Part shown: positions 54,899-63,062 of the stretch, piece after piece
Layout: every line of letters begins with the position of its first letter
Numbering within the stretch: position 1 is the first letter of the stretch
Virus record (IMG/VR): IMGVR_UViG_3300046665_000548
Coordinates: 434,001-498,000 of that record
Direction: 5' to 3' (one strand)
DNA: 64,000 nt
The notes under the pieces: model-generated
The model's database searches: none
Told to the model about the DNA's origin: nothing
Seen by the model: only the letters and a program-made list of their open reading frames with translations
Made by a program: the position numbers and the translations under genes

Positions 54899-55462
54899 TT
54901 AAAGTCTCCTAATGGTTGGAATTTCAGATTTAAGACCAATTTCGGTTAGCACTCTTGCGGCGATTTTGCTAGGGGCTTCATCATCTCCCAGCATCTCTAT
55001 TACTGGCATGTGCTTCCGACCTAGCTCCAATAGTTCAAGCGAAATTTCGTTAGCCTCTTCCTCGCTCTGGTAACGCCCGATAGGGTCGTAAGCGTGCGCG
55101 CGATGGAGGAAGAAAGTCAGGCCGCCGAGAGCCTTCCAATGTTCGGCCACGAGCGTATCAAAAATGGCAGGATATCGGCCGGGACAGTTACGCAGATTGT
55201 AATAACTGGAAAGTATGAGCGGGCTATCTGTCACGATGACATCCACCTCTCCCATGAGGCTTTCCATGTTCTTTAGCTGCTTGCCGTAGATATACGGCTG
55301 GCACGTCAGAGCTTTTTTGCGGTGTTCGAATACGAAGCTTTTAGCAACTTCGTTGCAGTATTCCACGCTGACACCCTTGACTCGGAGGTCACAAGTCGTG
55401 CGCATTGCCGCAATACTTTTGCCCGCGCTCGGTGCCCCCAGGATGTTGACAATAATCGTCAT
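54899..55462 (-). CDS. P-loop kinase, NadR/AAA_28-like
   Basis: LGAPSAGKS Walker A, EVAK, IVTDSPLILSSYY, RYQSEEEA. Confidence 0.75.
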   Translation of the reverse strand: MTIIVNILGAPSAGKSIAAMRTTCDLRVKGVSVEYCNEVAKSFVFEHRKKALTCQPYIYGKQLKNMESLMGEVDVIVTDSPLILSSYYNLRNCPGRYPAIFDTLVAEHWKALGGLTFFLHRAHAYDPIGRYQSEEEANEISLELLELGRKHMPVIEMLGDDEAPSKIAARVLTEIGLKSEIPTIRRL

Positions 55463-55507
55463 GAAAGAGCTTTCTGTTAAAAACCAAATTCTAGTCTCGT
55501 GATTCGC

Positions 55508-55536
55508 TTGAAAGCAAATTGAAACTGGAGTATACT
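55508..55536 (+). promoter_or_regulatory. Sigma70-type promoter TTGAAA-N17-TATACT
   Basis: ATG 55542 lies 5 nt after -10. Confidence 0.55.
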
Positions 55537-55541
55537 GAAGT

Positions 55542-56003
55542 ATGACCTTTCCTATTCTTGCACAGCACGACGCCATTGGTTGGGACTTTGACGAGACTTT
55601 GGCTCGTCATGGGAACAGCGAGGCGATGCACGCCTTCATTAAGGCGCACCCCGATAAGCGCCATGTCATCGTGACCTTCCGTACGCACGGAATGCAGGAT
55701 GGCGTGTTTGATGAGCTTTCGGTGTATCCGAATGCGCCTGGGCCGGAAGCGTTCGAAGCCGTGCTGAATATCGAGGATGAGGCTTGGGAGAGGTTTTCCG
55801 CTCATCGTCACGCCCGTCAGCGCGGGGAGATCGGTGCCGCGTTAACCGAGGCCGAAACCTATTATCTGGAATGGAAGGGCGCGATGTGCCGCAAGCATGG
55901 ACTAACCGTGCTCGTGGACGATATGGTTGATCGCGTGAAGGACGGCTGCGAGAAGAACGGGATCGTCTACATCAACCCGGACGACCTGATCCCAAATGGC
56001 TAG
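55542..56003 (+). CDS. HAD-superfamily hydrolase
   Basis: IGWDFDETL (DxD), IVT, K...VLVDD. Confidence 0.7.
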   Translation: MTFPILAQHDAIGWDFDETLARHGNSEAMHAFIKAHPDKRHVIVTFRTHGMQDGVFDELSVYPNAPGPEAFEAVLNIEDEAWERFSAHRHARQRGEIGAALTEAETYYLEWKGAMCRKHGLTVLVDDMVDRVKDGCEKNGIVYINPDDLIPNG

Positions 56004-56223
56004 ATATTTCGTGGTGCGGCCGGATCAAGTTAAGGCGTACGCCCCTATCCGTGATATGCACCATGAGCGCGACGGCTGGAGAATCATGACCGAGGTCAAA
56101 ACCCGGAAGGGTACTCGGTATGGCAGGGTGCTAGAACAAGAGGCAAACGGCAATATACGCCACGCTCGTTTTACGAGCGAGGCTGAGGCCGCTGCGGCAA
56201 TCCCTGAGGTATCTCGCCGTTAG
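55996..56223 (+). CDS. Hypothetical protein
   Basis: Coupled to the HAD gene. Confidence 0.5.
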   Translation: MARYFVVRPDQVKAYAPIRDMHHERDGWRIMTEVKTRKGTRYGRVLEQEANGNIRHARFTSEAEAAAAIPEVSRR

Positions 56224-56942
56224 GTCATCAGCTTGGTCACGAGCGCGTCCAGATCGGCTGCGCGCTCTGACGCACGACCGTGTAGCACATGGTCGAAGCT
56301 TTCATCACGGATAGATTCTGCGCTCTCCAGATTGCTGAGGACCGTAGTTGCGTAAGAGGACTCTGCGATGTCGCCAATGTCGATAACCTGACCACTGGTT
56401 CCAATCACGACCAGCACGTCTTCCTTCGTGAGCGATTCGATAATCTTCCACAGCTTGGGGTATTCTGGCGCGATCTCGTTGAAGAACACGACATTTGGCT
56501 TCACGCCCTTGAGGGAATTGCAGGCCGGGCAACGACCCTCTTTTGCGGACCACTCGGCATAGCCAATGTCCCAGGTAGGACAGCCCATGGCGGTGCACTG
56601 CATCTTCTTGAGATCGCCATGCGCGTGGATGACGTTCGCGCACCCGGCGCGCTCGAAGAGATCGTCAATATTCTGAGTGATTACCTTGGCGTCGTAGCGC
56701 TTTTGCCAGTCCGCAACCACGAAATGCGCCTTATTGGGCTCAACATTCGCCAGTTGGGTGCGCCGCTCATTGTAGAAACGGTGAACAAGTTCCCGATTCT
56801 GCTTCCACGTCAATAGGTTAGCAACAGCATCAACGCTGTGGTTCTCCCAAAGACCATCCTTGTCGCGAAAGGTTTGGATACCCGAATCAGCACTGATTCC
56901 GGCCCCGGTGAAGACGACTAGATTGCGGTGAGTTCTATCCAT
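56220..56942 (-). CDS. Sirtuin (Sir2/CobB-like NAD-dependent deacylase)
   Basis: TGAGISADSGIQTFR, TQNIDDL, HAHG, KPNVVFF, IGTSG, CxxxC/CxxC Zn sites. Confidence 0.93.
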   Translation of the reverse strand: MDRTHRNLVVFTGAGISADSGIQTFRDKDGLWENHSVDAVANLLTWKQNRELVHRFYNERRTQLANVEPNKAHFVVADWQKRYDAKVITQNIDDLFERAGCANVIHAHGDLKKMQCTAMGCPTWDIGYAEWSAKEGRCPACNSLKGVKPNVVFFNEIAPEYPKLWKIIESLTKEDVLVVIGTSGQVIDIGDIAESSYATTVLSNLESAESIRDESFDHVLHGRASERAADLDALVTKLMT

Positions 56943-57247
56943 GGACCCAGTTTACCACGAGAACAGCCGAAACGCAACTTGAATAGCACGGCCGAGTGGT
57001 CGTCTTCAAAGCGGAACAGTGCTCCGGTACAGACCCCGGTCTCCGCATGAATAACGTTCTTAAAGGCCCATTTTCCTATCGAGTACGCAAATAGCCAGTG
57101 GACTATTCGTCCCTCATCATTTGATGGGAGAAAGTTCGCGGCTGCCACCTCATATCTAAGGGTGTCAAAATCAGCAACTCGCACACGCAATAATTGTAAT
57201 TCAGTTATCCAGTCCAACCATGACTCCACATACACGCCATTGTCCAA
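56918..57247 (-). CDS. Small paralogue-family protein
   Basis: IVHWLFAYSIGKW...FRFEDDHSAVLFKLRFG. Confidence 0.7.
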   Translation of the reverse strand: MDNGVYVESWLDWITELQLLRVRVADFDTLRYEVAAANFLPSNDEGRIVHWLFAYSIGKWAFKNVIHAETGVCTGALFRFEDDHSAVLFKLRFGCSRGKLGPWIELTAI

Positions 57248-58110
57248 AGTAAAGTCGCCGCCGTAAGTGCAGTGGTGCCAGTTGGATCATAAGGTGGGCT
57301 CACTTCGACCAAATCCATACCGATGAATTGATCACCCGTTAACCGATCAAGAAAATTGAGCACAAAATGCGGATTAAGCCCGGCAATTTCTGGCGTCCCC
57401 GTTCCTGGTGCATACGCGGGGTCCAGAGCATCGATATCGAAGGATAGATAGATGTTCTGTTTCTCGGAAAGCTTTCTCGCAAGACTATCGCCGCCTCTAC
57501 TCAAAGCATCACGCGCAGATACCACCGTACCGCCTCGGTTGCGTAACCACTCTCGCGTGACAGGATCGACTGGCGATCTAACGCCGATCTGAATAACGTT
57601 TTCGGCTTTCACGAAGCCACGTTCGACTACATTTCGAACCCAGGTGCCGTGCCCAATAGGGTCGCCAAAATGGTCAGCCCACGTATCGCAGTGTGCATCA
57701 AAATGTAGAAGGGTGATGTCTTTGTATTTTCGCGAATATGCTTCGAGCAAAGCCAGTGAGATCGTGTGATCGCCGCCCATAAACATTAGTTTGGCTGTAT
57801 CCAACAGGAACATTGGATGATTACATACGCTCTCTACAATCGTGTTCAGGCTCTTCTGAACATCAATGTTAGATACAGAAATGTCTCCGAGGTCCGTTAC
57901 ATACGGAACGGGATCAACTCCAAGAATCGGATGAGCCCCGTCCGTGAGCATCATGCTGGCTTCCCGAATTGCTTTCGGCCCGAAGCGTGTCCCAGGCCGA
58001 AAGCTATTTGATCCATCGTATGGAATACCGAACACGCCGATCCTACGAGAGAGATCGCCAATAGGGCTCTTCAAGAACGTAGCAAAACCTTCGTATGGCT
58101 TTTCGAGCAT
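57205..58110 (-). CDS. speB: Agmatinase (ureohydrolase family)
   Basis: FRPGTRFGP, GGDHTIS, HFDAHCD, SFDIDALDPAYAPGTGTPE. Confidence 0.88.
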   Translation of the reverse strand: MLEKPYEGFATFLKSPIGDLSRRIGVFGIPYDGSNSFRPGTRFGPKAIREASMMLTDGAHPILGVDPVPYVTDLGDISVSNIDVQKSLNTIVESVCNHPMFLLDTAKLMFMGGDHTISLALLEAYSRKYKDITLLHFDAHCDTWADHFGDPIGHGTWVRNVVERGFVKAENVIQIGVRSPVDPVTREWLRNRGGTVVSARDALSRGGDSLARKLSEKQNIYLSFDIDALDPAYAPGTGTPEIAGLNPHFVLNFLDRLTGDQFIGMDLVEVSPPYDPTGTTALTAATLLWTMACMWSHGWTG

Positions 58111-58122
58111 CAGTCTCTCTCG

Positions 58123-59346
58123 TTAGTCGTCTAGTTGAACGTTGCGATCTCGGTAATTGTCCCACGATAGCCCATTTACGGCCCATCGCGCGGATTCCAC
58201 TTTAGTGCGAGTGTGCATATTCTTGGACAAGAATTTTCGGACTACTTCTACCGGTTCGATCTTATCCCAGATCGCAAACAGTAATGCACTATGCTCTTTC
58301 GGTTGAGTCAAAACTGCTTCGGTAGCGAAACGCTTTTTATCACCAGCAAGCTCGATTCGCTTCAACTCTACGAAAGCTTGTAGTCTTCCGGCTGTCAAAG
58401 CGATTTCAGTCTCGAAGTCGTTTACGTATCGTTTAACGCGATCTTGATCTGCATCATCCATGAACGCAAGAGCATCATCCATCCGTTCTTCTAGGATTAG
58501 CGCCCACACATCCTTTTCCTGTTGCAGCAAGTCTTTGGTGCTGTGGATTTGACAATACCATGCGCCTTTGACCTTCAGCATGTGGCCATTATCGAAGCGG
58601 ATCACATAACCCTCCGAGCCCTCAAGATCGCGAGCTTCCGCCATGAACGTTTCGATACTTTGGATCGAACCGGGTAGCGCTCGGACAACTGGAATTGAAA
58701 ACTTTCGTCCCAGTTTGATAAGCTCGCCATGCGAAAGATACGATCCGTCACCGTTATTGCGGACTGCGGTTAGGATCAAAGCATCTTCAGGATAATCGAT
58801 CACGATCTTCTGCTTGCGCGAACACCACTCGAAAATTGGTGTACGCTCTTGCGTCAGTTCAGACATCGCGTAATTTACGTAGCCCAAATTTTTCGCGATA
58901 AAATCTTCGACAGGCAGCGCTACGTCAGTCAACCCCATTTTCGTCCCCCAACGTAGACAACTATCCGAGATGAAAGGCGTGATCATCGACCCGTCTAGTT
59001 TCTCCAAGACGTGATGTGGCGCACTCCAATCTACCAGATTTGCCTGCGTGAAAGGTTTTTCATTGACGTTGAAAAACTTATGATACCGACGCGCAAGTAT
59101 ACGGCCTGTTTTTTTACATACGATCAAGCCTCGGCATTCTCGCAAAATAGAATACTGTCTGTTTAGCGACTGATCATCCGTATCTGGCTGTGGGAATGAA
59201 CCATCAAACGCGACGATGTAATTGAAGACGACATGATCTCCACGGTCGGCTTCAATAAACGCAGTAGTTCCGGTCCTTGCGTTATGCTCTGTGATTACAG
59301 ACCTAACCTCTTCAAGCGACAGTTCGCTTGGAAATTCGTAAAACAT
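58123..59346 (-). CDS. T4 RNA ligase 1-like (Rnl1)
   Basis: RECRGLI, YHKFFN, EKLDGS (motif I), FEWCS, EGYV, KVK. Confidence 0.9.
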   Translation of the reverse strand: MFYEFPSELSLEEVRSVITEHNARTGTTAFIEADRGDHVVFNYIVAFDGSFPQPDTDDQSLNRQYSILRECRGLIVCKKTGRILARRYHKFFNVNEKPFTQANLVDWSAPHHVLEKLDGSMITPFISDSCLRWGTKMGLTDVALPVEDFIAKNLGYVNYAMSELTQERTPIFEWCSRKQKIVIDYPEDALILTAVRNNGDGSYLSHGELIKLGRKFSIPVVRALPGSIQSIETFMAEARDLEGSEGYVIRFDNGHMLKVKGAWYCQIHSTKDLLQQEKDVWALILEERMDDALAFMDDADQDRVKRYVNDFETEIALTAGRLQAFVELKRIELAGDKKRFATEAVLTQPKEHSALLFAIWDKIEPVEVVRKFLSKNMHTRTKVESARWAVNGLSWDNYRDRNVQLDD

Positions 59347-59476
59347 TGATGCTTAAAATCACTTAATGAAAGCACCAATCTACCCGTTAGAACTGGCCTA
59401 TACCAAAATCTATTTTTTGGTCCGTCTTGCATTCTTGGTCGGAAGTTGGTAAAACGCTGCACCTACCGACATCAAT

Positions 59477-60256
59477 TTGAGAGGCAAACCTATGGTCGAG
59501 ACAACGGCGAGTGAAAAAATCGGCTCCGATGAGCGGAAAGAGACGGCAATCGCAGCCGCGACAGCCACGGTAACGGCAGCAGCAGCGGCAATCGCCGCAG
59601 CCCCAGGAAAGCCCGAAACGGATTCGGAGATCGATCCTCCGGCTTGTAAATTGGCGCTGAACGGCGTCATCGAGGCCGGTCAGCGATTGGACACTGCCAA
59701 GGAATCCATGCAGAAGATCGCGAAGGAACTTTCCGATCTTCGCGTTAACCTCGACTCCAGTCCCCCGGACAAATTCATCGACTCGAATATCGTCGGCGTA
59801 CGAGTTCCAGTCACGTCCAAGGTGGCACTACTCGCGAAGCGCGCCGAACTCCAGAGAGCGTCGGATGATGTCCGGGAATGCGTGGAGAACCTGATGGACC
59901 ATCAGGCTCGCCTCGTGGCCACTGCGCATCTCCCCGAGCCCGAGGAAGAGCACCCAGTGGCATCGTCACCACCACGGTCGATCTTCCAGCCCACCGAAAC
60001 AGAAGAACCGGACGCGCTACAGGCGCTGTCAGACGTGATCGCAATTGAGTTGGCGGAGACCGTCGCAGGCGTCGAAAGGGACCGCCAGCAGCCACCGGAA
60101 CGCTATGTGCCGCGCCAACCACTGCGACCTCAGCCTCAGCCCCCGGCATTTCTGAGGCAGGTTGTCGAGCGTAACGAAAGCCCGGACGATCCCCAAGAGA
60201 CCGGCATCCTGCGCAACATCTTCAAGACGCGAAGGGCAGAAGCCGTAGACGGCTAG
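59477..60256 (+). CDS. Hypothetical protein, partly low-complexity/coiled coil
   Basis: GAGG RBS; 259 aa. Confidence 0.6.
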   Translation: MRGKPMVETTASEKIGSDERKETAIAAATATVTAAAAAIAAAPGKPETDSEIDPPACKLALNGVIEAGQRLDTAKESMQKIAKELSDLRVNLDSSPPDKFIDSNIVGVRVPVTSKVALLAKRAELQRASDDVRECVENLMDHQARLVATAHLPEPEEEHPVASSPPRSIFQPTETEEPDALQALSDVIAIELAETVAGVERDRQQPPERYVPRQPLRPQPQPPAFLRQVVERNESPDDPQETGILRNIFKTRRAEAVDG

Positions 60257-60567
60257 AACATCCACGAAACTAGTGGCTTATCATTGAGGATCGCTTTCCA
60301 GCGATCCTCATAATATCCGTACTCGTTGCTGATTTTGAACAGAACGGCGTCTCGTTCGTCTTCAAACGAAACAGTCATGTAGTAGTCGGCAAGCTCGATA
60401 CGCCAGAGACCATGACAGTTCTTTTGGCACCAAAACTCAATAAACCTACAGAGCAGTTCGGCCCTCACCTCATCAATGCCCGCGCGGATGAGGTTCAGCG
60501 AGGTCACGAAGTGCTGGTCGTTCACCGCGCCAGCGTCGAAGCGGGCAAAGGCTGTGGAGTGTGCCAT
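60253..60567 (-). CDS. Small paralogue-family protein
   Basis: IEFWCQKNCHGLW...VSFEDERDAVLFKIS. Confidence 0.7.
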   Translation of the reverse strand: MAHSTAFARFDAGAVNDQHFVTSLNLIRAGIDEVRAELLCRFIEFWCQKNCHGLWRIELADYYMTVSFEDERDAVLFKISNEYGYYEDRWKAILNDKPLVSWMF

Positions 60568-60573
60568 CCATCC

Positions 60574-60581
60574 TATTTATG
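60574..60581 (-). promoter_or_regulatory. Late promoter CATAAATA (leaderless candidate)
   Basis: 6 nt before ATG 60567. Confidence 0.55.
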
Positions 60582-60599
60582 GATAGTTTGACCGCTTAA

Positions 60600-60950
60600 T
60601 CAAGTGGGCGGAATGACGCTGAGATCAATCTCGCCGCAGAAGCCTGGATGAATAAGCGTGTAAGCCACACGACCGTGCGGCTTCTTCGAGCTTTCCGACA
60701 TACGCAGGCAATTGCCTAGAATGCCCCCTACCGCGCCTTGGATGACCGTCACTAACTCGTCGGCGGTACAGGCATGGTCTGCCCAAGCAACAGCCACGAG
60801 GTCTATGTCTCGTTTGAGACTACCATGGACGGCAACGGCGTATCCCTGGAAACGTGCCGCTTCTCGAATCGCAGGAAGAATGCTGTCAAGGATCGACTGA
60901 CAGAAAGCTCCCTGGGCCTCTCTGATAGCGGGGTTCATAGGATTCTTCAT
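60600..60950 (-). CDS. Minimal nucleotidyltransferase-like protein
   Basis: GYAVAVHGSLKRDIDLVAV (GS..DxD) and EIDLSV. Confidence 0.55.
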   Translation of the reverse strand: MKNPMNPAIREAQGAFCQSILDSILPAIREAARFQGYAVAVHGSLKRDIDLVAVAWADHACTADELVTVIQGAVGGILGNCLRMSESSKKPHGRVAYTLIHPGFCGEIDLSVIPPT

Positions 60951-61411
60951 AGATGGTTCGCGATCACGAGAAGACCGATGTAGGTGATCTGATGTAGAAA
61001 CTGATCAAATCCGGTGAGCCACCAGAACTGCGGATGCGTGAGTGGACCCCAACCGGTCTTGGCGTTGAGGCTCATCTTCGACCAATCAACATGATAGTGG
61101 ATCACAAAATCTAGCAATGCTAGGACGAAAGCGTTGCCGATGCTAATCGATCCACTCAATCCAATGTATAGCGCGAGACCTGTACCAATCGCGTTCTTAC
61201 CAGCGTGACGAATGCCACCGAAATGACCGTAGGTGCCTTTGTTGGACCATTCATACTTGGGCTGCCAGCACCAATCTATAATCAGATGCTTGACTTGAAG
61301 AAGAAATAGAGTCCAAAGGAAAAGATCGATACCCATTCGCATGTTTACTCTGCTTTGTTGCTTCTCAACTGCCAGAACATTTTGACAACTGAGGGGAGAA
61401 AATACAAGCAC
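60947..61411 (-). CDS. DUF3307-like membrane protein
   Basis: KHLIIDWCWQ...K...H...HYHVDWSK...GFDQFLH; true start probably near MGIDL. Confidence 0.7.
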   Translation of the reverse strand: MLVFSPLSCQNVLAVEKQQSRVNMRMGIDLFLWTLFLLQVKHLIIDWCWQPKYEWSNKGTYGHFGGIRHAGKNAIGTGLALYIGLSGSISIGNAFVLALLDFVIHYHVDWSKMSLNAKTGWGPLTHPQFWWLTGFDQFLHQITYIGLLVIANHL

Positions 61412-61554
61412 GTTACTGCATTCAGACCGAGACCTAAGAACGTCAACGCGCCAGGGCTCGTCAGCGAATGAGTCGTGAAATAGATTTTCGAACCGTTGGC
61501 GAGAAGGAAGAACAGGTTTGTACTAAAGAGGATAAAACGAAGAACTGAGAGCAT
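61345..61554 (-). CDS. Small membrane protein
   Basis: Hydrophobic 69-aa ORF. Confidence 0.45.
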   Translation of the reverse strand: MLSVLRFILFSTNLFFLLANGSKIYFTTHSLTSPGALTFLGLGLNAVTCLYFLPSVVKMFWQLRSNKAE

Positions 61555-61557
61555 TAC

Positions 61558-61749
61558 TCACCTCAATGACTTAATGTACGCGTCAATAGCCGCGCGAGCT
61601 TGGCGCATACTGTGACAATTTTTTATCGTGCAAGGGCGAGGTTCCTTGTCGAGACAATAAGAAGGCCCGCTGTCTGCTTCACATATAGCTCGGCCAACGA
61701 CGCGCACCCTTTTATGATGCGCGTCTTTGCGGGTTTTCTTCTCGGTCAC
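61558..61749 (-). CDS. Small Cys-containing hypothetical protein
   Basis: ATGA-coupled to clpP. Confidence 0.5.
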   Translation of the reverse strand: MTEKKTRKDAHHKRVRVVGRAICEADSGPSYCLDKEPRPCTIKNCHSMRQARAAIDAYIKSLR

Positions 61750-62339
61750 GCGATATCGGAACGGCTCGCAACAACCTTATCGATGAGACCAAATTCCATG
61801 GCCTCCTGTGCCGACAAGAACGTGTCGCGATCCATTTTCGACTCAATGACCTCAAGCGGCTGTCCTGTGTTATCGGCAAGCATCTGATTGAGCATTTCCT
61901 TGAGGCGCTGAATCTCTTTGTAGGAGATTTCAATATCCGAAGCCATGCCGCGAGCGCCACCAGAAGGCTGATGGATCATGATGCGGGAGTTCGGAAGGGA
62001 GATACGCTTGCCCTTGGCACCAGCAGAAAGTATCATCGCTCCCATCGACGCGGCCTGACCGATACATACCGTGCACACGTCCGGCTTGATAAAGTTCATC
62101 GTGTCGATGATGCCGAGACCTGCCGTAACCACGCCGCCCGGCGAGTTAACGTACATGTAGATGTCCTTATCGGCGTCAACACTTTCGAGGTACAGAAGCT
62201 GCGCCTCGATGAGGCTAGCCATACCGTCTTCGACCTGATCAGCACAGAAAATAATGCGGTCGCGCAGCAGTCGGGAGTAGATGTCAAACGAACGTTCGTT
62301 GCGACCGTCGTTTTCGAGAACCATGGGCACGAGAGCCAT
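61746..62339 (-). CDS. clpP: ATP-dependent Clp protease proteolytic subunit
   Basis: [43 protein letters not shown]. Confidence 0.96.
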   Translation of the reverse strand: MALVPMVLENDGRNERSFDIYSRLLRDRIIFCADQVEDGMASLIEAQLLYLESVDADKDIYMYVNSPGGVVTAGLGIIDTMNFIKPDVCTVCIGQAASMGAMILSAGAKGKRISLPNSRIMIHQPSGGARGMASDIEISYKEIQRLKEMLNQMLADNTGQPLEVIESKMDRDTFLSAQEAMEFGLIDKVVASRSDIA

Positions 62340-62340
62340 A

Positions 62341-62562
62341 TCAGTAAACCTTTTTACGCAATGCGTCTTGGATTGAAAATAATGAAGCCAAGATCAAAAG
62401 AACCACGATCCCAGCAATGTAAAATGCTCCTACCAGAAGAACCGGAACAATTGGTATCCAAACCGGAGTAAGGACCCAGAACCAAGACCAGTTAATAAAA
62501 CCGGCAAGCTTCAATGAAATCGATAAAACTGAAAGAAGTAAGAAGAACCTTCCGTAAGTCAT
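62341..62562 (-). CDS. Small membrane protein
   Basis: [21 protein letters not shown], a common phage TM motif. Confidence 0.65.
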   Translation of the reverse strand: MTYGRFFLLLSVLSISLKLAGFINWSWFWVLTPVWIPIVPVLLVGAFYIAGIVVLLILASLFSIQDALRKKVY

Positions 62563-62600
62563 GAACGAATACTACAACCTCCTGGTTTCGGCAAACAATA

Positions 62601-62921
62601 TCAGAAATAATTCTCTCGACCGCTAAACGCTTCGTTCTCACCGTCCATCAATTTGAACATGAGACCATCGTTGATCTGCTCGAACAAAATGACGAACTGA
62701 ATGCTACCGCCAGTGTATTGGCTGTAAGAACCCCACCGACCGGTGATGTTTTTTTCAAGCCAAGCATCGAGAGTTTTGAGATTTGCTCTGCCGTCGTATT
62801 CGCGAGAAAACTGATGGCGGACCCAATCCAATGGGTACGCCCCGTCAAATTTCTTACGCGGCGTTAGGATGTCTCTCGGAGCAAGGGAGAGATCAGTAAA
62901 ACGAACAGTTTCTGGCAACAT
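62601..62921 (-). CDS. Small paralogue-family protein
   Basis: LDAWLEKNITGRW...ILFEQINDGLMFKLMDG. Confidence 0.7.
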   Translation of the reverse strand: MLPETVRFTDLSLAPRDILTPRKKFDGAYPLDWVRHQFSREYDGRANLKTLDAWLEKNITGRWGSYSQYTGGSIQFVILFEQINDGLMFKLMDGENEAFSGRENYF

Positions 62922-62976
62922 CTAAAATGACCTAAAAGTTAATTACCAATGCGAAAATATGCACTGGTGGAGTAGT

Positions 62977-63057
62977 ATTCAGGCGGCGGGGAAGCCCTGG
63001 GTTCCCCAAGGCTCGACCTCTCCTGTGGGTAGAGGGCTGGGATCGCGCCGCCTGAAT
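62977..63057. ncRNA. Candidate structured RNA element (multibranch)
   Basis: Perfect 12-bp closing stem ATTCAGGCGGCG/CGCCGCCTGAAT enclosing two further hairpins; intergenic. Confidence 0.45.
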
Positions 63058-63062
63058 TATTA

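Noticed and set aside
28122-60256. Convergent genes with overlapping stop codons (28122-28125, 56220-56223, 60253-60256)
   Set aside because: Common in compact phage genomes; no further signal seen.
62977-63057. tRNA, hammerhead or HDV/theta ribozyme identity for the structured element
   Set aside because: No TTCRA T-loop in cloverleaf context, no CUGAnGA/GAAA core, and P1 is not followed by the HDV GG/P4 arrangement; kept only as an unclassified candidate.
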